Assembly: GCF_004010195.1 (NCBI RefSeq)
Contig: NC_057737.1
Location: forward strand, 33,266,715-33,330,714
Direction of reading: 5' to 3'
Length of the DNA: 64,000 nucleotides
Origin: Chiloscyllium plagiosum
Lineage: Eukaryota
Under the pieces are notes generated by a model. The model was not told where the DNA came from and did not search any database. It saw only the letters and a list, made by a program, of their open reading frames with translations. Every line of letters begins with the position of its first letter. Position 1 is the stretch's first letter. Of the stretch, positions 12,321 through 25,199 are shown piece after piece. A program made the position numbers and the translations under genes.

Positions 12321-13374
12321 CTCAATTAATAAAGTTAAAAATCATACAATACCAGGTTATAATCCAAAAAGTTTATTTGGAAGTACAAACTTTCGAAGTG
12401 CTGTTCCTTCATCAAGTAGCTAGTGGGGCAGGATCATAGGACATAATTTATAGTAAAAGATGAGAGTGTCATACAACTGATGTGATGTATTGAATAAACC
12501 CAGGCTGCTGCCCTGGGCTTGACATGATTGCTCAAACTGTCAGGAAATGTGTAAATGCCAGATTCATCAACAGCACTTTCAAGTTAGAACAAAATATCAC
12601 CTGGTCACAACGCAACGCCATCTAAGCTCTCAAGACCAATCGCAACATCATCATCAAACCAGCAGACCAAAGAGGAGCTATTGTCATTCAGAATAGAATA
12701 GCCTACTGCAAGGAAGTATACTGACAACTAAACAACCAGGAACACTCCAGGCAATTACCAGCTGATCCAACCCAAGAACACACCTGTGAACTAAATACAT
12801 TGATCAAGACTTCTAATCCAGTCCTTCAAATTACCCTATGCACTTTCATCCCATGTACTTCTTACGTAGGGGACTTCTACTGCCTTCTGAACATGCGCAA
12901 AGCCAACACACCTGGACGTCCCATCGTATCAGGCAGTGGGACCCTGTGTGAGAACCTCTCTGGCTATGTCGAGGATATCTTGAAACCCATTGACCCATTG
13001 TACAGGGGACCTCCAGCTTCTGTCGCGACACTACAGAATTCTTACAGAGACTCAACACCCACGGACTGGTCAACCCAGGAACATTCCTTGTTACAACGGA
13101 TGTTTTGGCACTCTACACAAGCATCCCCCATGACAAAGGCATCGCTGCAACAGTCTGAGCACTCAGTACCAACAACTGCCAATCTCTAGGCACCATCCTA
13201 CAATTCATCCACTTCATCCTCGACCACAACGTCATCATCTTTGACAACCAGTTCTTCATCGAGAAAAGATGGAACAGCCATGGAGACCAAATTTGCATCC
13301 CAATATGCCAACATTTTCATGCACAAGTTTGAACAAGAATTCTTTGCTGCACAGCACCTCCAACCAATACTATA

Positions 13375-14306
13375 CAGAAGAACCTCGATTATCTGAATTT
13401 CGGATTATCCGAAGAAGTTCTCAAAGAGGTGTTTCAACACTGATTGAGTCTTTTGTTTACAATGATTAAAAATAAACTCGGTTTACTGAAATGCTGCCGA
13501 GAACCATCCTGGACATCAATGGGAGCCCAGGCAACTGTCAAATGACTGACTGCCCGCTCTTACTCTCTCTCTCACTCTTCTTCTCTGTTCCAACACTTTC
13601 CCTGCAGTTTTACACAGGGGTGTACCCTAAACCCCCCTTCCCAGATAACCTCTCCAGCAAAAGGTGGATCCTGTCAAGAAGTTGCAATGAAAAGTTGTGT
13701 GTGTGGCTGCGTGTGTGTGTGCTGTTTTGAGACTCACCCCACCCCCCCCCCCCCCTCCTTCCCCCCCCCAAAGGCAGCAGCAGTCTTACTGTTGGTGTCC
13801 AGTCCAGCTGCCCCGGAGAGGGGTTGGGGGCAGAAGGGGAAAGCTCACGGGGGCAGGGGAAGATGGCGGGGGGACAGTGTTGGACGGGGTTGGGAGGCGG
13901 GGTTGGGAGGGCAGATGGGGGTGGGGTGGGTTGGTCAGGGGGAAAGGATGGAGGCGGTCGAGGGGGCAGGGTCTCATGCGCTGTGTGCTGCTGCATAGTC
14001 TCCTAAACGGGGAGCTGACTTAGCAAGTGCTTACTGTGTCAATCCCATTCAACTGATGGGGTTAGGGAGGTGCGGGGGGAGCGGGAGGCTTTAGCAATCC
14101 TGCAGGTCCCTTACACACAAGTGTGTGTCTACTCAGAAACAAACCCTGAGACAGAGAGAGGGAACAAGGCAGGCAGAGCAAGGAGAAAGGAAACTTCAGA
14201 AAATTCCAAGACCTAGAGGAGAGGCATTGAATCAATTAACCGAATAATGAATAATCCGAATGAAATACTGCCCGTCCATCTTGTTTGGATAATCAAGGTT
14301 CCTCTG
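13375..14306. mobile_element. Tc1/mariner-superfamily (pogo/Tigger-like) MITE inserted in the PLE-B RT
   Basis: TIRs CAGAAGAACCTCGATTATCTGAA and TTGGATAATCAAGGTTCCTCTG, flanked by TA on both sides. Excision restores the RT frame QPILYSRYID. No transposase ORF. Confidence 0.88.
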
Positions 14307-15384
14307 TACTCCAGATATATTGACTAAATTTTCTTACTCTGGACCCATGGTGAGGACTCACTGAAACAACTACACAGTGATATCAACAAGTTTCATCCCA
14401 CCATCAGACGTACCAGGGACTACTCTTTAGAATCAGTCTCATTCTTGGACACACACATCTCCATCAAGGACGGGCACCGCAGTACCTCACTCTACCGCAA
14501 GCCCACAGATAACCCCATGATGCTTCACTTCTCTAGTTTCCATCTTAAACATATTAAAATAGCCATCCCCTAGGGACAAGCCCTACACACACACAGGATC
14601 TGTTCAGATGAGGAAGAACACGACGGACACCTGAAGGTGCTGAAGGACGCCCTGATAAGAACAGAATATGATGCTCAACTCATCAATCACCAGTTCCGAT
14701 GTGCCACAGTGAGAAACTGTATGACCTCCTCAGGAGATGGACACAGGATACGATCGATAGAGTACCCTTCGTTGTCCAGTACTTCCCAGGAGCGGAGAAA
14801 CTACACCATGTTCTTCGCAGCCTGCAACACATTATTGATGAGGATAAGCACCTCACCAAGATCTTCTCTACGCTTCCACCTCTCACCTTTAAACAACCGC
14901 CAAACCTTAGACAGACCATTGTTATCAGCAAATTGCCCAGCCTTCAGAACAACATCAAACATAACACCATAAACCCTGTCATGGCAACCACTGCCAGACA
15001 TATAAGATTGTTGACTTGCAAACTACCATTACACATGGGGACACCATCCACCATGTGTGTGGCAGGTACTCTTGTGACTCAGCCAACCTTGTCTATCTCG
15101 TACAATGCAGGCAAGGATGCCCTGAGGCACAGTATGTTGACAAGACCAAGCAGACACTACGACAATGGATGAATAGACACCACATAACAATCACCAGACA
15201 AGATGTTCCCACCCAGTGGGGAACACTTCAGTGGTCAAGGACTTTCGGCCTCGGATCTTTAGGCAACTGTCATCCAAGGTGAACTTCGGGCCTCACAATG
15301 CAAACTGAGCAGAGGCTGATAGCCAAGTTCGATACCCATGAGGATGTCCTCAACTCGGATCTTGGGTTCATGCCATACCCACTA

Positions 15385-15655
15385 TACTATACACTTCACA
15401 CATAAACTTGCACAGAAGCACACATATACACACACATATACACATACTCTTACACACGATAACACTCACACAGACCCTCTCTCATGCACATGCTCTCAGA
15501 CACACACCGTCTCACCGGCACATACTCTGTCACACGCACACATGCACTCTATCAAGCACGTGCACACACACATGCTCTTTTCCCCCTCTTTCACACACAC
15601 AGGCACACGCAAACACTCTCACTCCCTCACACACACACACATATATATCTATATA
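15385..15655 (+). repeat. Degenerate (CA)n/(CT)n low-complexity tract in the PLE-B 3' region
   Basis: Visible CA-rich tract that produces spurious His/Thr ORFs. Confidence 0.9.
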
Positions 15656-16524
15656 TGTCAATGGGATGAATTTGTATTTGCAGATACATCTTATTTTGTC
15701 CAAAAGCACATTATCTGTCGGCAGTTTTTCCATGTTATATTTTATCATTCCATGTTACATTTTATCAATTCCTACTTTGGAGATAGTACCAATCTGACTC
15801 AAGGTTGGGATACAGACAGACTCTAACCTAACACCTTTAATGTATTGTCTGAGCTGAGATGTCACTTTTTAAAAAATAAAACCTCAAGTTATCTCGGGAA
15901 TGTGACTTGAAAGAAGTTCTGTGATTTACATATTATCAATCGAAACCTGCAACCCGCATCAGTTGTATGATTATTTGATCTTTTACTTTTAATTGCGTCC
16001 TATGATCCTGGACCACTAGCTACTTGACAAAAGAGCAGCGCTCCAAAAGCTTGTACTTCCAAATAAACCTGTTGGACTATAACCTGGTGTCATGTGATTT
16101 TTAATTTTGTCCAACCCAGTCCAACTTCATATCATCTCAATTAAAAAAGGATTGGATTCGCTATGCCTTCTTAACCACTTTAACCACCTATGCTGCTACG
16201 TTCAAGGAAGTATGGGCATTCACTCCAAAGTACCTTATTTCTGATACAGCTCTCAGTATTCTCCCTTGTTTATTCCTTAGCCTTACTTCACCTCCCAAGT
16301 GCATCATTTCACCTTTTTCTGGCTGGCTGTCCAATTGAATAGCCCATTGCTTTCTTTGTACTGTATACAGCTATTCTTCTCACTATCAACTGCACAGCCA
16401 TTTTTTTTTGTCAACTGCAAATTCCTCGATCATGCCCCTTTACATTAATATCTATATTAATAATATATACCAAAGATAGTTGGGAACCCTGCCAAAACAA
16501 AATTCATACACAAATATCAATAAT

Positions 16525-17360
16525 TATAGGAATATAAGAACAGATGTAGGCCATTCGCCCCTAGAGTCTGCTCTGCCATTCAATAAGATCATTGCTGATC
16601 TGTGGCCTAACTCCATTTGCCCGCCTTAGACCCTTATCCCTTCATAACCTTGTTCAATAAAAAACAAATTCTCAGATTTAAATTTAACAATTGAATTAGA
16701 ATCAACTACTATTTGAGGAAGGGATTTCTAAACCTCCACTTCTCTGCTCCACCTCTCTTTGCATGTAGAAGTGCTTTCTAACATCTCTCCTGAATGGCTT
16801 GATCCTAATTTTTAAACTATGTCATCTGGTTCTAGAATCTTCAACCAATAGAAGCAGTTTATCTTTATCTACTCTGTCTTTCCCTGTTAGTATCCTGAAG
16901 ACCTCAATTAGATAGAGAATAAAGGACTAATTTGTCTAAATGGTCCTCATAACTTAACCCCAAAAGACCAGGTATCATCCTGGTAAACCTGCATTGAATT
17001 CCCTCCCGGGCCAAAACGTCATTCCTAAGGTGTCGTGCCCAGATCTGCTCACAGTTCTCTAAGTGGACTTAACTATGCTTTTGTATAACTGGAGCATAAC
17101 ATCTACATCCCTATACTCCAGCTCTTTAGATACAAAAGCCAGCAATCCATTTGCCTCCTTGACTATTTTCTGCACCGTTCATGGCATTTTTAAGAGCTGT
17201 GTACCTGAACCCAGAAATCTTGTTGGACATTCACTGTGTTTAACTTTGTGTCCTCTAAACAATACTGTAATTTTTCTTTGGTCTGAAATGGATAACTATA
17301 CATTTGCTTATATTAAAACTTATCTGCCACAGCTTTGCCCATTCACCAAATGGTGAATGA
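16525..17360 (-). mobile_element. Old CR1-type LINE 3' portion
   Basis: Starts with ataggaatataagaacagatgtaggccattc, typical of a CR1 3' end in reverse. Followed by diverged RT C-terminal sequence. Confidence 0.65.
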
Positions 17361-19206
17361 TCAATTTGGATCGTGCTTGATTGCATATTGTGGACATGGG
17401 CTCCAAATATTCAAAGATTTCACATTTTATAATTTTGTATTGTTTTTCAGTATTATTTAACATTGAAAATCAAAAGATTTTGATGTTAAAAGTAACTTTC
17501 TTTCCAGTGTGTATTGACTTGATAAGTTTTCCCATGCATAGATGCAGCCTTACTCAGATCATTCAGTGGTGGGTTTTAATGGTACATTTGTAACTTGTTT
17601 TGTGCTGGATGATGAAATATTCAGAGCAGTGCCATTGTCTGATACAACATCCCTTTTGCTAACAAAATTATTTTAAAGTAAAAATTGACTAAGGCATTTG
17701 TTTAATGGATCAGTTGCTATTGTGTTGTTTATTTGTAATTCCTCTATTTACGGTCATTTACATCTCTGTCATTCAGCAATTTTTTAAAAGATTAGTCACA
17801 TTAACATTGCAATTAGTGTTAAATCCTTTTGATTGTAATTGTTCTGCAGAAGTTGTAAGTTTTTACTTCTAGAACACTGCACTGAATGTCATCCCCACCA
17901 TTGTGCTCAAGGAATCTAGTTTTGCCACACCAAGTCCCAAGAATTTGAAACTGTAGTAGTCCGAATATTTGGGGCTCAACACTTGCTGAAACTATTTTGT
18001 GATGGAAAAACAATCAACTTGAATGTTATTTTATAAACTATATTTTTTATTTCTATTGGATTTTGAATTCCTTTATTAAAAATTCAGGTTGGGAATTGTC
18101 TGGTGCCTTGAAATATGATTTCAAGTGTAGTAACTAAGTCATATGTTTGTCTTGGCTTCTTCAGGTTCCTCATTAGAAGAATGCAAATGAAAAGACTCAC
18201 TCTGGTTTTTGTTACAAGTTGTTTGGAGTCTTGGTTAATGGCATAAAACTATGCTTGCCAGTAACAAGACATCATCAACTGTACAAACTCAAATTGCAAG
18301 TAGAATCTGTTCCACTACTTGCGTAGACCCAACCTTTTGGCTTATTTGCAAATGCTCAAATGGTTGAAGCCAAAAAGTGCCTGAGAAATAATTTGTACCT
18401 GACAGGCACAAATATATACAATTGTAATTTTTTGATAGTTGTTTACATTTCTACGTATATTTGAGTAATTGTGTGGTGTGATGACAGCATTTGGCTCTTT
18501 AACTACATTATTTTGAATCAGTGCATCTCAATTATCAACACTTTCTGAAAAATGTGTCCTGCAGCTCCTCTTGCAACATTTCATTTCTTTCTACAGTAGT
18601 CCATACTGAGGAAGTTGGTAAAATGTTTTCATTTTCTTGTGCAATAGTCTAACTCATTAGCAAGACTCCATTAGGAATCCTGTTCTTGTCTATTTGTTTT
18701 TTCATATCATTGAGTTTATCTGGAATATGATTGGGAAGTACAAGAGGTTTAACAAAATTTGGAAATCAAAATTGTTAAATTTCATTCACTTCAATCGCAC
18801 AAAGCATAATTTCAAGTATTACAATAATGCCATTTGATATTGCATAAGTTATATTAACATGCGGTTAACAATAGTGTAATCACATGAAACTGATCTAAAC
18901 TCATTCAGTAACATTTCACAATGATTAAATTTACATCATAAACCATGGACTTATTGTGGATGAATAAAATTTTATGTATTAAATATTTACACATATTTAG
19001 TTTGCTTTTAGTTAACATGTGATACATTCTGTCATTGATGTAGGCCCCATGGTTGGGCTATTATTAAATCTTTCATTGTATTTTTTGTGTAAAAGTACAC
19101 GTGACAATAAATTTCTATTTTATTCTATTCGCCCAATCTATAAATATCCTGCTGCAATTTTATGCTGTCGTCAACTCTATATAAAATGCTGTCTAATTTT
19201 GTGTCA

Positions 19207-19429
19207 AGGTCAGGAGTTACACAACATCAGGTTATAATCGAACAGATTTATTTGAAATCATAGGCTTTCGGAGTGCTGCTCCTTTGTCAGATGAAGTCAC
19301 TCCACTTGATAAAGGAACAGTGCTCCGAAAGCTACTGGTTTCAAATAAACCTTTTAGACTATAACCTGGTGTCATGTAACTTCTGACATTGTCCACCCCA
19401 GTCCAATACCAGCACCTCCACATCATGAC
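19207..19429. mobile_element. Second foldback element of tail-to-tail PLE-B-like 3' ends
   Basis: 19209-19292 is the reverse complement of 19303-19388. 12-bp TSD AATTTTGTGTCA (19195-19206 / 19430-19441). Degenerate hammerhead motif on each strand. Confidence 0.88.
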
Positions 19430-19441
19430 AATTTTGTGTCA

Positions 19442-19850
19442 TCAGCAAATTTGGATATTTGACTTTTTATGCCATTATCCAAGTTTTTAATGAATATTTT
19501 GAATAATTGAAGCCCCAACACAGATCCCTACAGGACATCACCAGCCTCGTTCTGCCAATTTGAGTACTTACCCATTAATCCAATTTTGTTTCCTGCCATT
19601 GAACCAATTTCTTAGCTATGTCAGTAATTTGCCCTCATTTCAATGGGCTTTTATCTTAGCTAACAGTCTGTTTTGTGGGGTTGTATCAAACACCATCAAC
19701 TTGCCTTTATTCACCACATTTGTCACCTCTTCAAACAAAAACTACGAGTTTTGTCAGACATGTCCTACCTTTCATGAATTCATGCTGACTCTCCCTGATT
19801 AACTTAAACTTTGAAGTGATCTTTTACCATATTCTTGATTATAGACTCCA
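19442..19850 (-). mobile_element. Old CR1 RT fragment (target of the foldback insertion)
   Basis: The reverse complement reads FADDTK (tttgctgatgacacaaaatt) and a QGSVLG-like motif. Confidence 0.6.
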
Positions 19851-19864
19851 ACAATAATTCCCTT

Positions 19865-21420
19865 TGAGTCATCAATCCCAGCTAATTGTAATACTAGTCT
19901 AGACAGATCCCAGACTGAAATTTGGATTGCTATACCATATTTTTTATTCTTCTTCATTTTCTTTCACCCTGGGGATAAGTCACTGAAAATATTCACAAGA
20001 GAATGTCATTGTACTTTTAACAAAAGAACAAAGTTCATTACATAAAAAGACACATTATATAAAACTCTAGTTAAGATCAATTGATTTACAAATATCAGAA
20101 AAAAGATAGATAGGATTTATCTTACCAATATCCTTCCAGACAGCCTGATTTCAGTGAAGATTGACCCCTAACTCCTCTTAATACTTCTTGCTCAGCTGGC
20201 ATGGCTGTAATCAGATTCCACTTGATAAGTTACTGCATATTCACTGGATGATATTACAAGTTTTGGCATTTTTAATCTAGTCTAGGTTTCATTGTTTATG
20301 CATCCATGTTTAAGTGTGTTTTGGCCAACTCTCACATTTTAACTTTTCCTGCTATGTTTAACATATGTTGGAAGTGTATTTTGAAATTTATTTGATATTT
20401 CTTCTTTAATTAAGTGACGGGATCCTCCCACCTTATGTCCATTATTTGTTTAAAATGACTGGATTCTGTGGACTCATTAGAGACTCATAACATGCAGTAA
20501 CAAGGAAATTCCTTTGTCGCAATCCTTTCTGACAATAAGCTGTAATCACAGTTCTTAAAGTTTGATTCCATTTTCTTAGTGCTTCTTGGGATCATAAGCT
20601 GAATACATAACTTGTTTGATTTCCAAACTATTCATTATTTCTGTGGATTTTTATGAGATAAACTTTTAACCTTGATCTGGTTGTATTTCCTTGGGTATCC
20701 ATATCTTGTAAAATATTGAAGTAACATCTGCACAAATATGTTTGCTGTAGCTTTTCCCAAAGGCCCAGCTTCAAGAAATCTTGAAGGATCCACAACTGCT
20801 AAAAGGTAGTGATTTCCCCTTCTAGTTTTAGATAGAGGTGTTAAACAATGTCTTAAGACAGTGCTAAGAGATCTTACCTTGATGGAATTGCCATCTGAAC
20901 CTGCCATTTGTTCCTCATCAGTTGATATTTGAGATGGCCTCCAATTCCTCATTAGCACTTTGTCATTTAAATAATAACTTTCAGGTATGGGTTCTGATTC
21001 AATTTCTGAGTACATTGTTTGATACAGTTCACTCAACTCAGAAGCTGTCTATTGTATTTCTGTTAAAGAAAATTGTTCAAACGTGTCAGCGTTTTTTTCT
21101 TCTCCCTCATTTTTACTTATGTTTTTGAACACAGTGTCAGATTACCAATTGACCTCATTATTTCTTCTTGCATATACTGTTCTTCCTGTCAGATTTTATT
21201 GGCCTGAAATGTAGTCATAACACAATCAAGAAACAATTCAAGATGTCCAACCTGCAACATTTCAATTTCTTTTAGTTCCATTGTTCATTCTAACAGACTT
21301 GATGAGGCTAATATTTTTAAACCATTCTATCATTCCCCAAAGTAAAATTGATACATTTTATAGAGATTTATTGTAGTACTACAATGACAACTTCGCCAAT
21401 TAGTAAATTACTCTTTAATC
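19865..21420 (-). mobile_element. Decayed Gypsy-superfamily (Gmr1-like) LTR element: integrase region plus probable LTR
   Basis: ORF 20635-21036(-): PESYYLNDKVLMRNWRP...PLSKTRRGNHYLLAVVDPSRFLEAGPL...FTRYGYP is an integrase-core N-terminus. No RT is seen immediately upstream of it. The LTR call for ~19865-20330 is weaker. Confidence 0.65.
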
Positions 21421-21504
21421 CAACTCTACAATCTATGCTTGTTAATCAGAGTTATGAATTCAATCACCTCCTGTTTCCCCATTACTTGTCCATTATCTGC
21501 AAGG

Positions 21505-21925
21505 GAAGTCAAGATAGAATACTCACTACTCGCTTCAATGAGTGCAGTTTTAACAACATTCAAAAAGGTTCATACCATCCAGGACAAAACATCACACTTG
21601 ATTGGTTTCCTATCCACCACTTTGTATATTCCCCCATTTCAGCATGATATACAGTGGCAGCAGTGTACATTATCCATAAGTTGCACTGCTTTAACTCACC
21701 AAGGCTCCTCCAACAGTACCTTCCAAACTCACGTAAAAGGACAAAGGTATCACCATCACCACCAGAAAGTTGTCCTTCAAGCCACACTCCACCATGACTT
21801 AGAACTATAGAGCCAGTCTTCCACTGTTGTTGGTTCAAATCGTGGAACTCCCCTTTTAATAGCACTGTGGGTGTCCCAGCACCTCAAGGACTGCAGCAGT
21901 TCATCAAAGTAGCTCATCATGCCGA
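21505..21925 (+). mobile_element. Old CR1/L2-group LINE 3' portion
   Basis: IEYSLLASMSAVLTTFKKVHTIQDKTSHLIG is RT C-terminal. Same family as 31680-32150, 34790-35200 and 35940-36840. Confidence 0.7.
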
Positions 21926-21954
21926 CAAGCCTTGATTAATCTAATTCTCTAATT

Positions 21955-22145
21955 TAAGCTGTTGTAGTATTGCTGCTGGACCAGTAATCCAGATACCAGG
22001 TTGTTGGTATTTACAACTCGAAAGCAGCTAATGAAATTTAAATTCAGTTAATATATTTGGACTATAAGGCTACTGTCAATAATAACGACCATGAAATTAT
22101 CACTGTATTTTTAAAAAAACTCATTGGTTAACTAACGTACTATGG
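21955..22145 (+). mobile_element. Degenerate tRNA-derived SINE fragment
   Basis: gtagtattgctgctggaccagtaatccaga...gaccatgaaatt, similar to the reverse complement of 35400-35600 and 63225-63305. Confidence 0.45.
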
Positions 22146-24054
22146 GGTGCATCAAAAACAGCATTGAAAGGCTGCTTGATAGAAACTTTGACTGGTCAAG
22201 CACCCAGCTCATTGCTTAGATTAAGCTACATTTCAGATCTACTTGCCTGCTCTCTAAACTGTGGTGCACTTAGTGCTTAACTTAGATGTTTACAGTATCC
22301 CTGCCTTGAATTGACTTGTTATACCAAGCCTGTTAGAGCATTAATACTTTAGCCTGAGTCTAAAGGCTATCAATACTGATGTACAGACATGTTCGTTTGT
22401 GAGGTAGGAATTTGTCTGAAGAAGGGACAACATGCTGTTGCATGCATTAAGACACCAATTGAGCATCTACAGCATCTGCCAGCTGCCTGCACAGCAAACC
22501 CATGTTTATACATTCAAATGGTCACATTGGAATGTAGGTGGAAAGTAGTCCTCATTCAATTCAAATGTGGATTGCTGTTGGTCAGGAGATTTGGTACTAT
22601 CAGTCATGTGCACAGAGCGCACACAATCCAGGATTTATCCATGGTCAGTTCACTGTTCAGGCCAGTCACAGGAGATATGTTCAACTATAGCCTGGGAGTG
22701 GGCAGTCCTGAAGGGCCATTGCAAGCGGTCAGGGAAATTATATATCATCTGTGGTAGTGCTGCAAAGACAGGAAGCTCATCAGTCATGTCTAGGGAATGT
22801 TTGTCAAAGTTGGTCAGAGGTCTGGAGCGAATATAGTCATAGAATCCTTGTGTTGTGCAGTAGGGAGAATGCAAGTGTGGCTTGTAGGGATAAAAGGGGG
22901 AACCCATTGCCAAAAGAAGTTCAGACTATCAAGACTTTGAGGGAAGGAAAGCAGTGGTTTTTTGAGTTGCGGAAGAGGATAACTGATGGATAAGTCAAGA
23001 TATAATGACGACATACAGTAAAATACTGGAGGGTATGGTGATCACCTCTGTGATCTATACTTGGAATTGTACAGGACGATGGTGCATATTAATAAGGTGT
23101 AAAGTCAAAGCTCAGGGCAAAGAAGAAAGTAGGAGAAAAAGTGCAATGTACAATTTAGTGGGGTCTGCACTTTTGGATAAGGGAATGACTGGAATTGGGC
23201 TGCTGGGGTAGTTTGCTGTAAACAAGGCATTGTTCTGCAGTGAGTATCTGGTGACCAGCTGCTCCTGCTGCTATCTGTGCTCACTGTGAGCCGCATTTTC
23301 TGCCATCAACTGTTGTTCACTAGATGCTAACTGCAAATGGAAGATGACTGGGGAAATGCCGAGAGTGAGTGGAGTCAGTGTCAGTTTCATGAGTGAAAAT
23401 GCAGGCTCCACATCTGTTGAACGCTTGTGTAATGAAGGGGCAAATATGAATGAGTTGGAATGCAGCAGGCACTCACTTTTTGCTGTCATGTGTGGTTTGC
23501 TCAGCCAGCACAGCACTTTGAGCTGAGGTGAAGCTGAATGAGACATGGCCCTGGTTATCAGGATGCTGTGTGTTGCACAACATGAAAGCCTTCATCTGCA
23601 AGGTATGTCACTACTGACTATTTTCGGAGCTAAGAACCTCTTTGGCTTCTTATGTTGCCAGTGTAGATCATTGCCAGTAAGAGTTGGATAAGTGAGATAT
23701 TGGTCACTATGTCTGCCTTCCTAAAAAAGGTGAAAATGGATGCTGGAGGATCATATCTGATAGGAAGCCCAAGAGCAGCAGCGAGAAGCATCGAGCTCAA
23801 GCAGAGGTCGCAGTTACAGGGCTCACCAGGATGCATTGTGTTCACAGGAGGATCTGAGATTTTCTCCCCAAGTCCATTTCCTGAGGTTGAACAAGGGGCA
23901 TTATCAGACAGGATCCATATGTCACAGGACGCAGATTATGACAGATGCTGGGACCTGAGGCCATCCTCCCTGGTGCCTCCCCAAATGCTATCTGTGCAAG
24001 ATCACATTGGTTCATTTTGTTTCCCATGATGAGGTCAGTACTGTAGCTCATCAG

Positions 24055-24480
24055 TAGGATTCAGAAACCTGCACATCACTTCATTAAAGTGAATTGCCAG
24101 TTTCCTAGTAGTTGCCATCCTACATCCTGGAGCACTCTCTCATACCTGGTGTTTTTGAGGTTTGGACTCTTACAAGGCTGATTATCGGGAAACAAGGGCT
24201 ACTTAGTGCAACCACGGCTGATCACACGATTGCACAATGCTCTGGCTGATGCAGATGTAATGCATCCCACGTTTTAGTCACAGCTGTGGTGGAGCAGACG
24301 GTAGGGCTGCTGATGATGCTGTTCAAGTACTTGGTTCAGCTGGGCAATGTGCCACAACATCTTAGTGTGCTATGCTCTGCACAATTGAAGCAAGCACTGA
24401 GGCAATGTCTTGAATACAGAGGAACTGCAGAATGGGGGCAATCTTTCAAGGAGGAGAATGCGTACACTGAGGAGGAGAAA
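24055..24480 (+). mobile_element. PIF/Harbinger transposase remnant (DDE_Tnp_4-like)
   Basis: VNCQFPSSCH..YILEHS and LSGNKGYLVQPRLI...ASHVLVTAVVEQTVGLLMMLFKYL resemble the Harbinger motifs PGSxHD, GDxGY and IExxIGxLKxRF. 23240-23900 may be the accessory Myb/SANT gene. Confidence 0.75.
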
Positions 24481-25199
24481 ACTCTTGTGCTTGGCAGAGC
24501 TAGGTTGAGTAGAATGCTTCAAGGTAATCAGGGTGATTTAACACCCAGTTTCATCAGGTATGAGCTGGATTCTGCAAGCAACTGTGGACTGTAAAATATC
24601 ATTGGTCATCATGCTAATATTTGATTTGCATTGTGGGGTCAAACTACAGCATCTATTTGTTTTGTTGTTTTTTTGTTGTCTGTAAATAAAGGCCCATCTT
24701 TGGAATTATCCAGTCGGAAGTCTGTATGTGATATTCCCCTACTGTCCATTGATAAGGTGCAGGCACCCAATGGGCATGAGGAGAGAATAGCTGTGACTTA
24801 GAAGTAGTGGTTACACAGGGTATAGCTAAAGACAAGTAACTGTGTGACCTGGTTGTTAAACAGATACTAGGATAAGAGATTGGAGGGTTTTTTTGTGTAA
24901 TGAAGTGTCAGCTGTGCCACCTATGAGTTACATGGTGTTGTGGCTGCTTTGCGATTATGTTGCCATTGAAAAGCAACATCGAAGTGCCATCATTTGTCTG
25001 AATGCATAGTAGCCTTTTAAAGATGGAATGCTGGTCTTTTGGCAGATATCTCGCAAATGGCAAGTAGGGGTGAGGCATGGTTGATAAGATGTAGCAAGAA
25101 ATCTCATGAGGCTTCATAGAGAGAAATCCTCCATGAAAACCACTGGAAACTGTCATTTAACCAAAAAAGTATGTTTCAGGCCATTGAGTTTACAATGTC

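Larger units (their letters stand above)
12330..16135 (+). mobile_element. PLE family B (RT and GIY-YIG, CA-rich 3' UTR, hammerhead) with an inverted copy of its 3' end at the 5' junction (12330-12505)
   Basis: RT motifs IIIKPADQRGAIVI (~12645-12690), PGRPIVSGSGTLCENLS, GTAMETKFASQYAN and RYID (split by the MITE). Endonuclease NLVYLVQCRQGCPEAQYVDKTKQTLRQWMNRH (15085-15180). 9-bp TSD CTCAATTAA (12321-12329 / 16136-16144). Confidence 0.9.

Noticed and set aside
13610-14023. Pro/Gly-rich overlapping ORFs and apparent GC island
   Set aside because: Low-complexity interior of a MITE. Not a gene or promoter.
15338-15826. His/Thr-rich ORFs of 129-162 aa
   Set aside because: Translation of a degenerate CA microsatellite in the PLE 3' region.
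18165-18410. Good + strand acceptor (cttggcttcttcag|G) as a further host exon
   Set aside because: Stops in all three frames within ~85 nt and no convincing donor. A UTR exon cannot be excluded.
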